A stretch of DNA of 55,742 nucleotides, counting the filler, from Sphacelaria rigidula (taxonomy: Eukaryota): NCBI GenBank assembly GCA_964200075.2. It is 6 parts of 6 records of this genome, joined end to end, with 100 filler letters (N's around TTAATTAATTAA, not from the genome) between each part and the next. Parts side by side here need not be neighbours in the genome. Positions count along the whole stretch, not along the records: positions 37,233 to 46,437 come from CAXNAA020009045.1; positions 46,538 to 55,742 come from CAXNAA020009046.1; 4 more parts are not named here. One strand, given 5' to 3'. The position numbers were made by a program, and so were the translations under genes. Below, piece after piece: positions 37,376 through 49,244 of this stretch. Each line of letters opens with the position of its first letter. Position 1 is the stretch's first letter. Below the pieces are notes generated by a model. That model saw only the letters and a list, made by a program, of their open reading frames with translations. It was not told the origin of the DNA and did no database searches.

Positions 37376-40300
37376 CCATCAGGAGGGTGAACGGCACTTG
37401 CACCAACCAAAGCGCCACCACCGCCTACTGCCATAGAACTGCCCGCCCTCCCATCCCTGTGGTGTTCGCTGACGGCGTCGTCGGGTCCCGAGTGGGAGGG
37501 TGATTCGGATCTGCTTGAGTCATCTTCATCGGATGAATAGACGTCACTTTTCTTGTGTCGCTTCTTCATGGAGACCATCGACTCCTTATTGTTCGGATTA
37601 CTGTCACAACTATCCTCTTCACGGTCTCTGTCTCCGACGACATCGTTGTCGCGGGAGTCGCCCACATCAAATTGAGCCATCCTACGATAGGGAGGGGGGT
37701 ATTTTGGGCGATTTGTTGCACGAAAGTCCAGGTCAAATCGTCGTTAAAAGCAGCAACGGTTGCTCGGATAAGCTTCTTATAGATACGTGACGCTCATTCA
37801 TGCCGATTAACATCGTTTCGAACCAAATACAAACGCACCGCGAGTGTGGTAGATCGTCTGACACACTTATAAGCCTCTTTTTTCGTGCAACCAAATACCC
37901 CCCCCCCCATCGTAGGATGACTCAATTTACCTCCCCTTCTGCGCGCACTTCCCTCGCACGCCGCGCCGCCGTCATTGTTACGCCTGTTGACGTCATCTCC
38001 ACTATCGGTACCACGAACAGCGACAGTGCCATCCTCCGATGAAGAGACGGGGTTCGGCGGTTGTGAAGGAGGCACCGATGAGGTTTTGTCTGAATTAGGG
38101 GCTGGGGACACACAGCGCTTGTCCCCCTTCCCCCGCTTAGCGTTAGGCGCGCGTGTGCCTGCGCCACGTCTGTTGTCGGCGGCACGTCTGCCCGTCAGCA
38201 AGCTGTTGTCGGAAGTCCCAACGCTGGTGTGCCCCCCCCCACTTGGTGTTGTATCCACGTCGATAATCCCATCGGCAACGGCATTACCGCGCCCGGCATC
38301 CTCCATACCACCATCATCACACTCCGTAGGCTCGTTCACATCGCCGGGGGGGGGGGATCAGAGTTTGATGCTCCTTCCCTTTACCCTTTTTCTGCTGCTC
38401 GAGCGTGTACGATTTTGATGGGTTCCTGTCGGCATAGCAGTTGACATGAGGGCGGCGATAAGACATCGTGATTATTCACCGTCGATGGTGGTCCTGTGAT
38501 TTCCAAGCTGACGAGGAGTTTGGGTCATCTGCGTCGTGGTCATGTACACCTGTTTTGCATACCGCACCATATTCCGCGTCAAACTTGCAATAGCTACCAC
38601 CGCATCGTCAGCATTCAAACATCGTCTTGAACATCTCATCGTCTCCACTGTAACACATCGGAAAATCAACATCATCCCGCCCACATGTCGCAGTACACAG
38701 CAGCATTTGATATTATCTTATCCCATTATCAAATCGAGGGTAGAGAGGGGGGTGGTAGCGTTAGGTCAATGATGTCGCTAGAATAACTCACCAGTGGGTC
38801 TTATTTTTCTGCACCCTGAGGTGAATCCTACCATCGGACCCGCCAACGACCTTCTCGAGCGCCTCACATAAAGGAAGAGGTACAGGCATCGTTGTCGGCG
38901 GAGACTGGTCGTCGTCGATCCTGAATTCAATGGTGCGCGCCTCAATGTTGACGTCTGTGCAGAGATAAGAGAGTGAGGATGAGGGAGTGTGTGTTGCCCT
39001 TGTGTGTTGTTGGATTTATTATGTGTGTTAAATCTTGTGGCATGTAACAAGATTCGCCTACCGCGATGAGTGAGTATAACCGATGAGGACATATTGTGAC
39101 TCCGCGTTGTGTGTATGAACATCCCCCGTTTATCCAACAGCTGGTGAGATCCGTGGGTATCGAGCATTCTCTCTCCCGGTTTCAGAAAGCGACTGTCGGT
39201 CTACAGTTGTGCGTGATACACACAATTTTGCGAGTAGTGATGGAATGATGAACGTATTGAATAACGAGTGAGTAGATGACCACCTCCCACCCGATATTCG
39301 GACGTGAAGTGAGTATGGCAGCCCATGATGCTCATCACCATTATGGACTATATATAGTGCAATACGCCGTGCACCACGTAAGTTATGAACGCAAACGATC
39401 TGTCGTGCTTCTTACTGAAACGTCGCCCCCGCGTGTCACCCGCGAACACATGTACACACCTAGAATAATTATATTTTATCGAGGGGTTGTAACAACTCAC
39501 CGGGTAGGGTGGCTGCTCGTTCGGTGGTGGGGGCAGCATCCGCCTTCGTGGTCACTACGTCGCTAATGCCGCCAGGGAATATTACGCCTTTGATGTACTT
39601 CCTCTGCGTCTCAGTCAGGAAATGTGGGCCACCGTCATATATCTGGTGTTTGGGCGGATCACTCACCAACAGCTTGTTGAACTTCAGGGCATCATCCCCA
39701 CATTTGAAGATATTTACTACGGCTCTAGAGTCGTCGCATACATCCGTAAACCCTTCCGCAAGATGCTGCGTGTGCAGCATCCCCAGAAGGGCGTAGATGA
39801 CGACGAGCTTCCGTCTGGTCGCCGCCTTCGTCGTGTCCTTGGCTCCTTGTGGTGTATCCGTCATCTGCTCCAAGGTATGGATATATCAGACAGTGGCTGC
39901 ATGAACCTCAACTTGAAAACGGAGAGAATATCTGCAATATGTATGGGGATGGGCGATTGCTAGTTATATGTCATTCTTGCTCGTGAGGCTTGTGGGACTG
40001 AGTTGTCGATGGTAGCCTTTACATCCCAGTTAATCCGCCGGTATACTGCTCTGTGGATAAAGTAAGTCATGCATCTCTAGTTGACTATTGGCATCACACA
40101 CAGGGACGCACGAACTCCCAAATGGCATGCCGGTAAGCGTATAACTATCGGAGTTTGAATGATGCATAATACATTTATTTTTTACGATTTGAATGATGCA
40201 CGCGGATCGGTTTCAGAAACCGAGTCTCGTATGTCTTTGTTATCGTAAGACATTCGTTCCCCGTTAGACTGGGAGTGCACCCATTCGATGTCTGCGTCGG

Positions 40301-43300
40301 ATATAGTGACGTCGCTGCTAATATATTGTTTAGGTTTCACATTATCTGCATATTATGTAAACCGGTCGCTGTTGCGAACACCTCATGCACTCACGAATTC
40401 GTAGATGGTGATACTGTCGAAAATGTGTGGGTGCGCCCACGCAGACACGTGGGGCACTTCCCTCATTCCCATAGTGAACGAATTCTTGTTGCTGTGGCGC
40501 GGGTTCTTCTTTTGAATCCATCCCTGGGCTTTCGTCGGAGTCGTGGACTTCGCCCCGCTGAGTGCGTCCTTGAACACCTGGTGATATGCGACGTACAGCC
40601 AATCGAAGACGTTCCCGGTTGCTCCCTTCGCCCCGTCCGACGTGTTGGGGTTCTTAGCCGTGTAAGTGTATTACTGTATCGCCTTACGGCTTTCCTGCTC
40701 ATTAATCCACGTTGCGGATGCCGTAGCAAAATCAAACTGAAGTTGCTGCCACCGCAACGCGGCTATCTTGTCTGCATCTTCCTTATCGTCTGTCGCCACC
40801 CGCAGACTCAACCTCAAAATACGACCGGTCTCGTCTAGTTGACTATGATGACCTCTGTCCATGCGTGCTCCGCTGAAGAAGGTGGATGCAACATCGTGCG
40901 CGAGATGCAACGGCTTCAATACCTGACAGTAGGTCATGACCGCTTGGTTGATGCCACTCTCCCGGACAAGCTTGTGCAGGTGACCATCAGTCAAACAGCG
41001 TTTGTCGAGACCAAATAAGTAAGAGTAGGCTTGGAAATTTTCCAGCGACGACCCCTGCATCGGCTGTCGAACATGACGCGTATGAGGCAAAATCGGCGAG
41101 ATGACACGAGATGGCTACAGGGCTAGGTTAATCACGCAGATCATGTACAATGGGGCCCACGTTCATTTATAGGCACAGGCAGCGAGCGTAACATCACACA
41201 GCTATGATCTGAACAAGCGATGTCGTCCTGGGTGTGACATGAAACAGGGGCGTGTACGCCGACCCGAGCAGAAGGAAGACTATAATTTATTTGGACACCA
41301 AAACTATCATGGGAGCATGGCCCACTATATAGTCCACTCAATGTCGCACAGGCGGCGCTCACCGGTTTGATCTCTTCCTCCTCCTCGAATGCGAGGCGAT
41401 CGAGGACCACGCCTTGCAATGGCCAGTCTCGGTCGTGAAGTGCCACGGAGAACACGAGCGTCACCAGCGACCTGAGCTTAGGCGGTTCGTTCTTCGACGG
41501 CGCCCCCCCTGGGGGTGTGAGGACGAATCTCACCACATATCCCTTCACGTCATCGAGGAGCTTCCTCCATGTCTCGTTCGCGTCTTTCTTCCCACCTCTC
41601 TTCTTTCCGCCTTCCTTCCAGAGGTTGTACTCCCAATTACTGCCCAATACTTCAGTCAACTGTGCCGGTGTGCTGACTTCTTCTCTGCGGCACGCTTGTC
41701 GGACGATAGGGACAAGGACCCCAATGGCTGAACTAATGCAGGGCTTCTGTTATCGAAGACGAATGGAGAAGAGATGTATCCCGCACGGTCCATGTTGCCG
41801 ATATAGCATGAGGTTGGTTGCATACTCAACACCAACAACTCTTATGCACAATAGCATTCCACTCCTACCGATGGTCTTATTATTACCGGTTCTAACATTG
41901 AACACAAGCGACATACATGCAATTACGAAAGACACACGACAGGCATGCATTATGATGGCCTCGCTTCAAAAATGGGAGGCGAGACGATCTCCGTTATCGG
42001 GATGATGTATCTCGGCAACGTTCTGTATAGGTATTCGCGTATGCCGCTGTCAAGATAACACATCACGGCCTTGTGAGGGTTGAGAATGTCGTGGGTCGAT
42101 TTCCGGAACTGACTACTTCGATCCAATGTACGTTTATCGGATGGTAATGTCGGAAGAGGTGCATGTGAATGTTGAAGGACATGGTCACCATCCTGTGCGT
42201 TGTCAGGGATATCGTTTCTTACATATCGGAATCGCTTGGCTATCCAATGACGATATTATTCATCGGACCACTCTCAGAGATCGTATATTCGGCCAACGGA
42301 TTCTCCATCCTTTTACAAGGAGACATTATTCACATTACAAGTGGACTACAACGTATAGCCTGCGTCTGCGTTTGTATCTCCAAATGTAGCAGCTTATTTC
42401 GAGTATGATATGATGTTATGTTTCTGGATAATTTGAACTTTTGATATGATGCCGGTAGGGGAGTGGTCATACAACAACAACTGTTTTTTAGGGTTACGTT
42501 GTATCCCGCCATGAGGCCAGTTATGTTGTATGTCGCTCATCGGGGAACGGTTTTTCCAAACCGACTCTAGTACTCCACATCGCGTATCTGTCTGGCGGTG
42601 TGAGAGTAGGATGGTGCGCATGTTATGTGAATGTGTAGTGTATGTAAATATGTCTGTTAAGGTTGGCCGATTTTCATGTTGTTTACGGGAAGGTGATTAA
42701 GCGAATCGGCCTTTGTATGTCATAGATATTTACCCTTCTTCGAAGCGGATATGCACCACGACAATCGTCGATCGTCGGTTTTAAAAACCGATCGAGAATA
42801 TGAGGTACTCCTTGGGATCCCTTGTATTGCGGACAACGGTTGATCCCACTGTTAGGATTGACCGATGTCATAGGTACGGCTGGTCATATGCCTCACCGCA
42901 TCTTAGATTGGAAGATTCGAATCTGAGAAATCTGGGCGGATGTCGGGGGATCTTCACCAGTCGGAATGCTATGGCTGATTACATAGATGTGGTATTTGCT
43001 GCTATTACGATGACGTTAGCCTCTGGCTTCGTCGTCACAAAGCGCCCGTTCTGTTGCCTGCGTGCTTTGGTGTCATGTTTCGATACTCTAGCTGGGAATG
43101 GTGCCAGTTCAGTGGGCACCAGGCTAGCGGCTCAAACACAATCATTAGTATCGAAGCCATTGAGCTCGATTTGCTAGGTGGGGAGTCAACCCACACACCA
43201 ATGACCCGGCGCATGCCCATGGTTCACGCCGGAGACACGACCCATATGATGCGTCCAATGCGGGCTTACGTTTGTGAAGCCCAAAGACTCCTCTGAGATA

Positions 43301-43387
43301 GCAGTCCGTGATAGTGTTGATGCTTCTTGTATTATTGGCAACCGGCTGATAGCTGCTATTCGCGCGTTGAGATAAGTTCCCAAAAGA
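37376..43387 (-). pseudogene. Multi-exon pseudogene of unknown family with a Cys-rich motif and a low-complexity C-terminal region
   Basis: Exons with AG/GT boundaries: 43270-43387, 42897-43173, about 41955-42310, 41363-41727, 40395-41114, 40112-40144, 39501-39864, 38792-38954, 38480-38647 and 37376-38425. Most adjacent pairs are phase-compatible. In-frame stops at 43132, 42979, 42274, 42256, 40671 and 38608. There is also a frameshift in the C11 run near 38350 and a MITE insertion at 37674-37923. Confidence 0.6.
37674..37923. mobile_element. 250-bp MITE with GAG...CTC termini and AATT flanks (Sola-like)
   Basis: TIR GAG(C/T)CATCCTACGAT.GGG.GGGGGTATTT, with AATT at 37670-37673 and 37924-37927. 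Removing it restores the surrounding reading frame. Confidence 0.8.
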
Positions 43388-44456
43388 CTGTGCCTGAGTA
43401 GGGGGCACCCTCGAAATCAATCAGACTCAGAATGGCCCATGACATGTCGGGCTAGACAATGCAAGAGTATAACACATGGAATCTACTCGACTGGACCATA
43501 ACCGATATATCCGGAACACCCACCTAGCCTTTTAATAAGGCTAAGCGGTACAAATGTGGGACAGCCTGTGCATCAACACCTGAAATAAGGAAACGAGAAA
43601 AACCTGCAACTGATGTTGCAGGGGGAAACTCGGTATCTAATAGATAGGTAAACCCCGTTAGACGGGGGAAACCCTATCCGTTAGGAAAGGAAAAACATCT
43701 CTAGCGCCCTTTCCAATCGATAGAAACCGCAGACAAGTGCGATCGCTGTCGTTTTCCCGGGATCTCAGTTAGACCGGAGAACGATTAGCTTATTAGCTTC
43801 ATCGCGCGTCGACACCCTGGATCAGTTACACTGAATTCCAGGGTAGTGCAGGGCTTTAACCACATCCAACTTACGTTGGATTCGCTAAAAACAACCTTTC
43901 CACGAACCCATCAGTAGTTACAGGAGTGCAGCTTTTGGGAAGTGCTTCCCTGTAACTACTGATGTTTATGCTACGAAGAATAGAGCCCACGCGCCTTGGC
44001 TCATAAATGTATTTGCATGTTACAAAATGGGAACCAGACAAGGCCAAGGAACGACAAAAAAAGAAGAAACAAAAACAAGCACACTCGCAATTCACATTGA
44101 AGAGTACCGTACCAACAATTCTTCTTGCTTATTTTACAACCGTATTCCTCTCGCAATGATATCGTATACCACATCACACAACAGCCATTCGTATACGTCC
44201 ATGGCTGCAGTCTATCTTTGGCTCCTCCGTTCCAGCTGGGGACGCTCAACTTTCAAGCGAGATGGCTGTTTCCAGTCTCCATCTTCGTATCGTACTCGCC
44301 GAAAGAAATTCCCATAATCATACACGTGGTGCTTCAGCTTGGCACTGCTGTAGCCTTTCCAGGAGGTAGCACCTATGGCGAAAGCTTCAAGGCATCGCTA
44401 CGTGGGGAAGCGGGGTGCTTCGAGTGCGATGGTGGGGTCGAAGAAACTGTGGGGTG

Positions 44457-44897
44457 ATACAGGTGCAAAAGGCTCATGACGCATGAGGAACTGTGATCAA
44501 AGGAAAGGTGTGGACGATTAAGACGAAAGAAATGTGCCAAAAGTGCGACGATGCTAGACAGGGAAATATCGAAATATTTTGATATTTTGCAAGGAGTCGC
44601 ACCAGGATGTACGTTATCACCCTCTCTAACCGAGGTATTCTTTGATGACATGATACAAGCATGAGACATGGCAAAGCAAGGGGTGAAGTTGATGAAACAA
44701 CTGGAAACAGTGCAGCTGGCCGCAGCTAAGAGAATACTTTGATGCGGAAACGGTGCAAATGGCAGCATAGAAAATAATACTTGGATGCAATAAAACTAGT
44801 GAAGAAGATGAAAACAGTACAGAGTGCAACAGCTCAGACACTACTTGAATAAAGTGAAGTTGGTGAAGGAGTTGGGGATCAGTGCAGATTACAGCCT
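44457..44897 (+). mobile_element. LINE (non-LTR retrotransposon) reverse transcriptase fragment, deleted and rearranged
   Basis: VQKAHD (DxxKAYD motif) and ISKYFDILQGVAPGCTLSPSL..VFFDDM (GVxQGxxLSP motif), fused directly to post-RT sequence KQLETVQLAAAKRIL. The catalytic (Y/F)ADD motif is missing, and there are stops and frameshifts. Confidence 0.8.
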
Positions 44898-47110
44898 ANN
44901 NNNNNNNNTTGTCCAAAAAAAAAGGTCCCCCCCCCCCCCCCCCCCCCTTTGAAGTTTTTCCCTTTTTCCCACCCGTCAGTGCCTGAAACAACGTAGAGTT
45001 CTCGACAATTCAACATGGTGACAGATACACGCAATGCAGTCGAACACGACACAAATTCAGGGGTCAGGTGGAATGTGGGTGTGGCGTTCCAGTTTGGTCC
45101 CCCTCGGGGTGTGACGCAAACACTTCGGGTATGAGGTGTTTCGGATGGGGTGGGCGGATATGGAAGGAACTTCTTGCTATTGAGACAGCGGTGGTACGTG
45201 TATAATTTTTAAGGCCAGTTGAGTGCTCGAAGGGGAATGTGTCAGACGGTAGCATGGCGTCAGGTCGTCGTGTAGGGTACGATTGCGCAAGACTGTGCTT
45301 GGAAAGTACTCTCTCTGGGGCCAATATTTGTACAATTCTGTAACCTTTTCAGCTACAATCCCCCTAGGTTTTCGAATCCTGTGAAACTGTAGACATAATC
45401 ATGGCGAGAATACAATAGACAAGGCATGCTGAGTAAAAATATAATAATGAGGTACGCTGTACTAAATATACCGAGACAAAGCACAGAAATGACAAGAAAC
45501 ATGCCCTTACACGCATGACTTGTACATTGATGCTCACTGGGCGAGAGTCTAGTTCGTATGCCATATCCTAGCTGAGCCACCATGAGACGACCGGATTGTG
45601 GTGGTAAAGTCTTGCTGCACTTATACGGCACAGGAGTTTGACAGCAAAAGTAGAGCGCGCGTTTGCCTACATCGTGCAGCAATACTGTTGGCTTTCCTAC
45701 TTATTTAGAATATCGGTCAGCAGGGCGCCTAGAATGCTACGCTCCTGGACAAACTGTCCAGGGTACCTGGTGGCTTTAGAAACGAACGTGGTTTTTCGAT
45801 TGTATGGACGTGACGTCTGAGCAATTGCGTCGCAATTGGAGGGGGCTGGTTGTATGCCGGTATTATCGATTAACAGGCTAAGGAATCTGTGAGACCCTGC
45901 AGTAAAGATATATTTGGCGAACTTGGCGAATTTTACTCAACATAAAATCGTGTAGTCGACAAACTTTGTCGAGGAAAGTTGGGTGAGCAACACCTCGGTC
46001 AAGAAGCTTGTATATTTCTTTTCTGATCATGCGGCGTTCTCATGGTGGGAAACCACGTTGTTTTGTGGCAAAGGGTGTGCACGCGAGACAACAACCAGCA
46101 AAACTATGGAATTCGTGCTTCGCCCCCCCCGAGGGGGTTCAGCGACCACATCGGCAGAATGAGTGTCTGAAAACCATATGTAGGGTCTGTAGGAAATGTC
46201 AAAGACACGGTATGTAGTCGCGCCGTCAACTTGCGTGGTAGGCTGGGCATGAAGGGCAAAAAGGCAAAATAGGGACACTACGTACGTCTGCGTACTGAAT
46301 AAGTAATGGCAAGGCAATCCACGGGAAGATGAGTGGCAGCATGATATCGAAAACCAAGTTTGAAGCAACTGAACAATGTATTATTCAACTACGGTACCGC
46401 GAAGGAACAAGGTAGTATCCAACTACGGTACAGGGTGNNNNNNNNNNNNNNNNNNNNNNNNNNNNNNNNNNNNNNNNNNNNTTAATTAATTAANNNNNNN
46501 NNNNNNNNNNNNNNNNNNNNNNNNNNNNNNNNNNNNNAAAAAAACCTACTTCTTAGCTCCCCTCCGCTGCCTGTGGGGGTGGGGTTGTTGCGCCGGCGCT
46601 CCCCCCGGCGGGGGGGGGGGGGGGGGGGGGGGTGCACGTTGTGCGCCTGCAGGACTGCACAACGTCTTGGGAGAGCTTCAAGCACTACTATTTCACCCAT
46701 TAGATCAACGTGTACGGCGAGAAGTAAGAGTGGGCCGAATCAGATGGCCGTACTTTCGTTCAACTGTGTACGCTACTTGAGGTACATGCCGGCTATGGCG
46801 AGGGTGTCGACCTAGAGAACATCGCAGCCATCGAGAATCTGCATTGCATGTTGAACGCGTTTGATGACAGTGCGTCTCTAGCGCGGTGTAACTCACCGTT
46901 CAATAAAAAAATAATACAAAAATAGTACTCGCGATGGTGCTGGCCATCTTATGCTGGTCGCTACCATTTCTGCAAGTGTGACCAACAGATGCAAGCCATG
47001 AACACTAGATATGTCATAGATTATCATCATTGCCAGCAACAGCAGTATTTCCACCCCCACCCCCGCCCCATCACCAACAGCAGTAGAAACAACAATAGCG
47101 ACGGCATCAC

Positions 47111-47259
47111 CTCGTGACAGGGTAGGTGGAAGATGACAACTTCCCTGCCATGTTCTCCGCGCGTGACTGATTGCCTGGAAACGTTGCCCAGATTATCTTG
47201 AACGCGGCCTGTCTTCCCGTGTCGATAACAGCTGCAACCGCGCGGAGGTCTGAGGAACC
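47111..47259 (-). CDS. Exon of the same gene; downstream exons not resolved
   Basis: CAG acceptor, phase 0, open frame GSSDLRAVAAVIDTGRQAAFKIIWATFPGNQSRAENMAGKLSSSTYPVT, then a GTGATG donor. Confidence 0.6.
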
Positions 47260-47552
47260 CTGTAATGGTTTCGGTCCGGGGCGTGGAGCAGTCGATCATC
47301 GAATTCATCATAACGATGTCGATAGCTTGTGTGAAGCATAACCGGTGACTTTCAGTACCGACTTTCGTCAGCTTTCCCAAGGCAAGCTACTACTGTAGAA
47401 GGGCATGGTACTAAATATTCACAAGCTAACAGGTAAGTTTCTTTGTTTCGGCATACGCTAAGTGATTACGAGACACGCACGAAGTAAACACGAGGGAAAA
47501 CTCAAGACGAACACTTGCGTAGTTTCCTTCCGAATCCCACCGTCGAGCGTAC

Positions 47553-47758
47553 CTCGTACCAATTAATGAGGGAAGGGAACTCCTCTTCACCCGTGATGAC
47601 GCTCATGATCCTCCGCCGGTCTACTGCTGATTCTAACCCCAGTTGCAACAGCTTAGCGTCTCCAGCCGCTGCCGCCGCTCCTGATGCGCCACCCGTCCCT
47701 CTCCCCCCGTCTGCGATTGCAGCTGTTCCTCTTCTACCCACCCGCGTCGTGGCGCGAC
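47553..47758 (-). CDS. Exon of the same gene (SAM-like C-terminal helices)
   Basis: CAG acceptor (phase 1) and GTACGC donor (phase 0). ...DAKLLQLGLESAVDRRRIMSVITGEEEFPSLINWYE resembles the SAM pattern LxxLGIxxxGHRxKILxxI. Confidence 0.65.
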
Positions 47759-49126
47759 CTGGTATTGTCGGTGGCGGATTATAACATACAGTAGACCCGC
47801 TCCATGATGGAGATTTCCGTCCTCAAGTTCATTGAGAGGGTGGGAACCATCGCACCCTCCCGTGACAAGGGACGTCTTCAACCTCGAACCTCTTATCAGC
47901 GGACGAACATGATAACCCCAGTAGTGAGCGGCGATCTCACACACAATTGTTCGGGGAAAATCTCGGTCTGTGTGCCAAGCTTAAGGAGATGCTACTGGTA
48001 GACAGACGGCAAGCTCTAGCGCGGGGGTGAGCGTACTCATGCCTTGCATGCCTCAGCGATCGGACCAGAGACTATGTGTCCTCCGCTGGGGCACATATTC
48101 ATGTATCGCCAATTCACAAATCGCGATCGTGAGCACCAAGCAGTTTTTGGGTTAGTCACCCACCAGCTGTGCCACCCCTGCTGCTTGAACTCCAAAGCCA
48201 TGACCGGAACGCAGCGCATCTTTTCGAGGATTGTCACACAAAAATTGAGCGAAACACGAAGAGAACGAAGCCGGGCGGCATCACCAGTACGATCAAAACG
48301 TTCGCATAGGGTGAGGGTCGAGGCAAAGAATTAATGTAGCTGACGCCAGCACTGCAGGATGGGTGCGGAGAGCACCTAGAGCGTCAAGAATATGCAACGG
48401 TAGAGCGGAGAGTCATGATGCGTGGCCAGATGTTAGAGCCCACGCTCTGAATCGATCAGGAGCAGATTGTAAGGGACAAGTTGTTCAATGATTTACATGT
48501 ATTTGCAAGTGAGCAGGAATGTGAAGGGAGTGCTATAGACAAGGATGTTCGAGAATTTAATCACAGTTTCCGTGCTAGAGTTTTCGCATGCAATGGCAGG
48601 AAGGCGGGGACGGGTATGCTTGCTTTCTCGGCCTCTACGGGGTGTTGGAGAAGTCTTCAGCATACGTGTTATTCCAGACTAGCCATAAGTGTAACCAACA
48701 CCAGTTTTACTCCGTAAGCGTAGACGAATTTCGGCTCAAGAAGATGACCCCAACACGAAATCAATCCCTCCGCATCGTGGTAATATAGATCGAGAACGTC
48801 GTAACATAAATCGAAAACGAGTTTCCGCGTTGTGTCACGTCTTCATCAACGGGAGGGCAGGGAATCTTCAATCTCGCCGAAATCTTCTTGCTCTGCAACA
48901 AATACGTCAAAAACGTATATTCTCATACTTATCGATCGACCGATTGTCTCTCCCTACGCGCCATGTCACTGAAAATGATCGTGTTACTCCGCACACGAAC
49001 ACATTCCACAGCCGCCTTACCCGATGGAAGACGGGTCGATCCGGCGACGACCACCACTGTTTCCTCTCCACGTCTCGCGCGCCCCGCCCCCTCCTCCCCT
49101 CCCGCCTCCGCCTGCGACCGTCGTAC

Positions 49127-49244
49127 CTCCTGAACGTGCTGCCGATAATTGGGCCAACACCTTGTGGGCGGCTGCGGCCACTCGATGAGCATCAGCGGGG
49201 ACAACCCCGAGTCTTAAAAGCCACATTTTAATGGTTAGTCCCTC
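49127..49244 (-). CDS. Exon of the same gene (start of SAM-like segment)
   Basis: CAG acceptor, phase 0: EGLTIKMWLLRLGVVPADAHRVAAAAHKVLAQLSAARSG. The GTACGA donor (phase 1) fits the next exon. An alternative GTAAGG donor at 49020 is possible. Confidence 0.6.

Noticed and set aside
43820-43900. Twister ribozyme on the minus strand (GGTTAAAGCCC resembles the L4 loop)
   Set aside because: The P4 stem pairs poorly, and no UAA cleavage-site, P1 or P2 elements were found.
45350-45990. Possible highly decayed Copia RT/RNase H (ATMRRPD, KVERAFAYI)
   Set aside because: Only short, frameshifted resemblances; too weak without a profile search.
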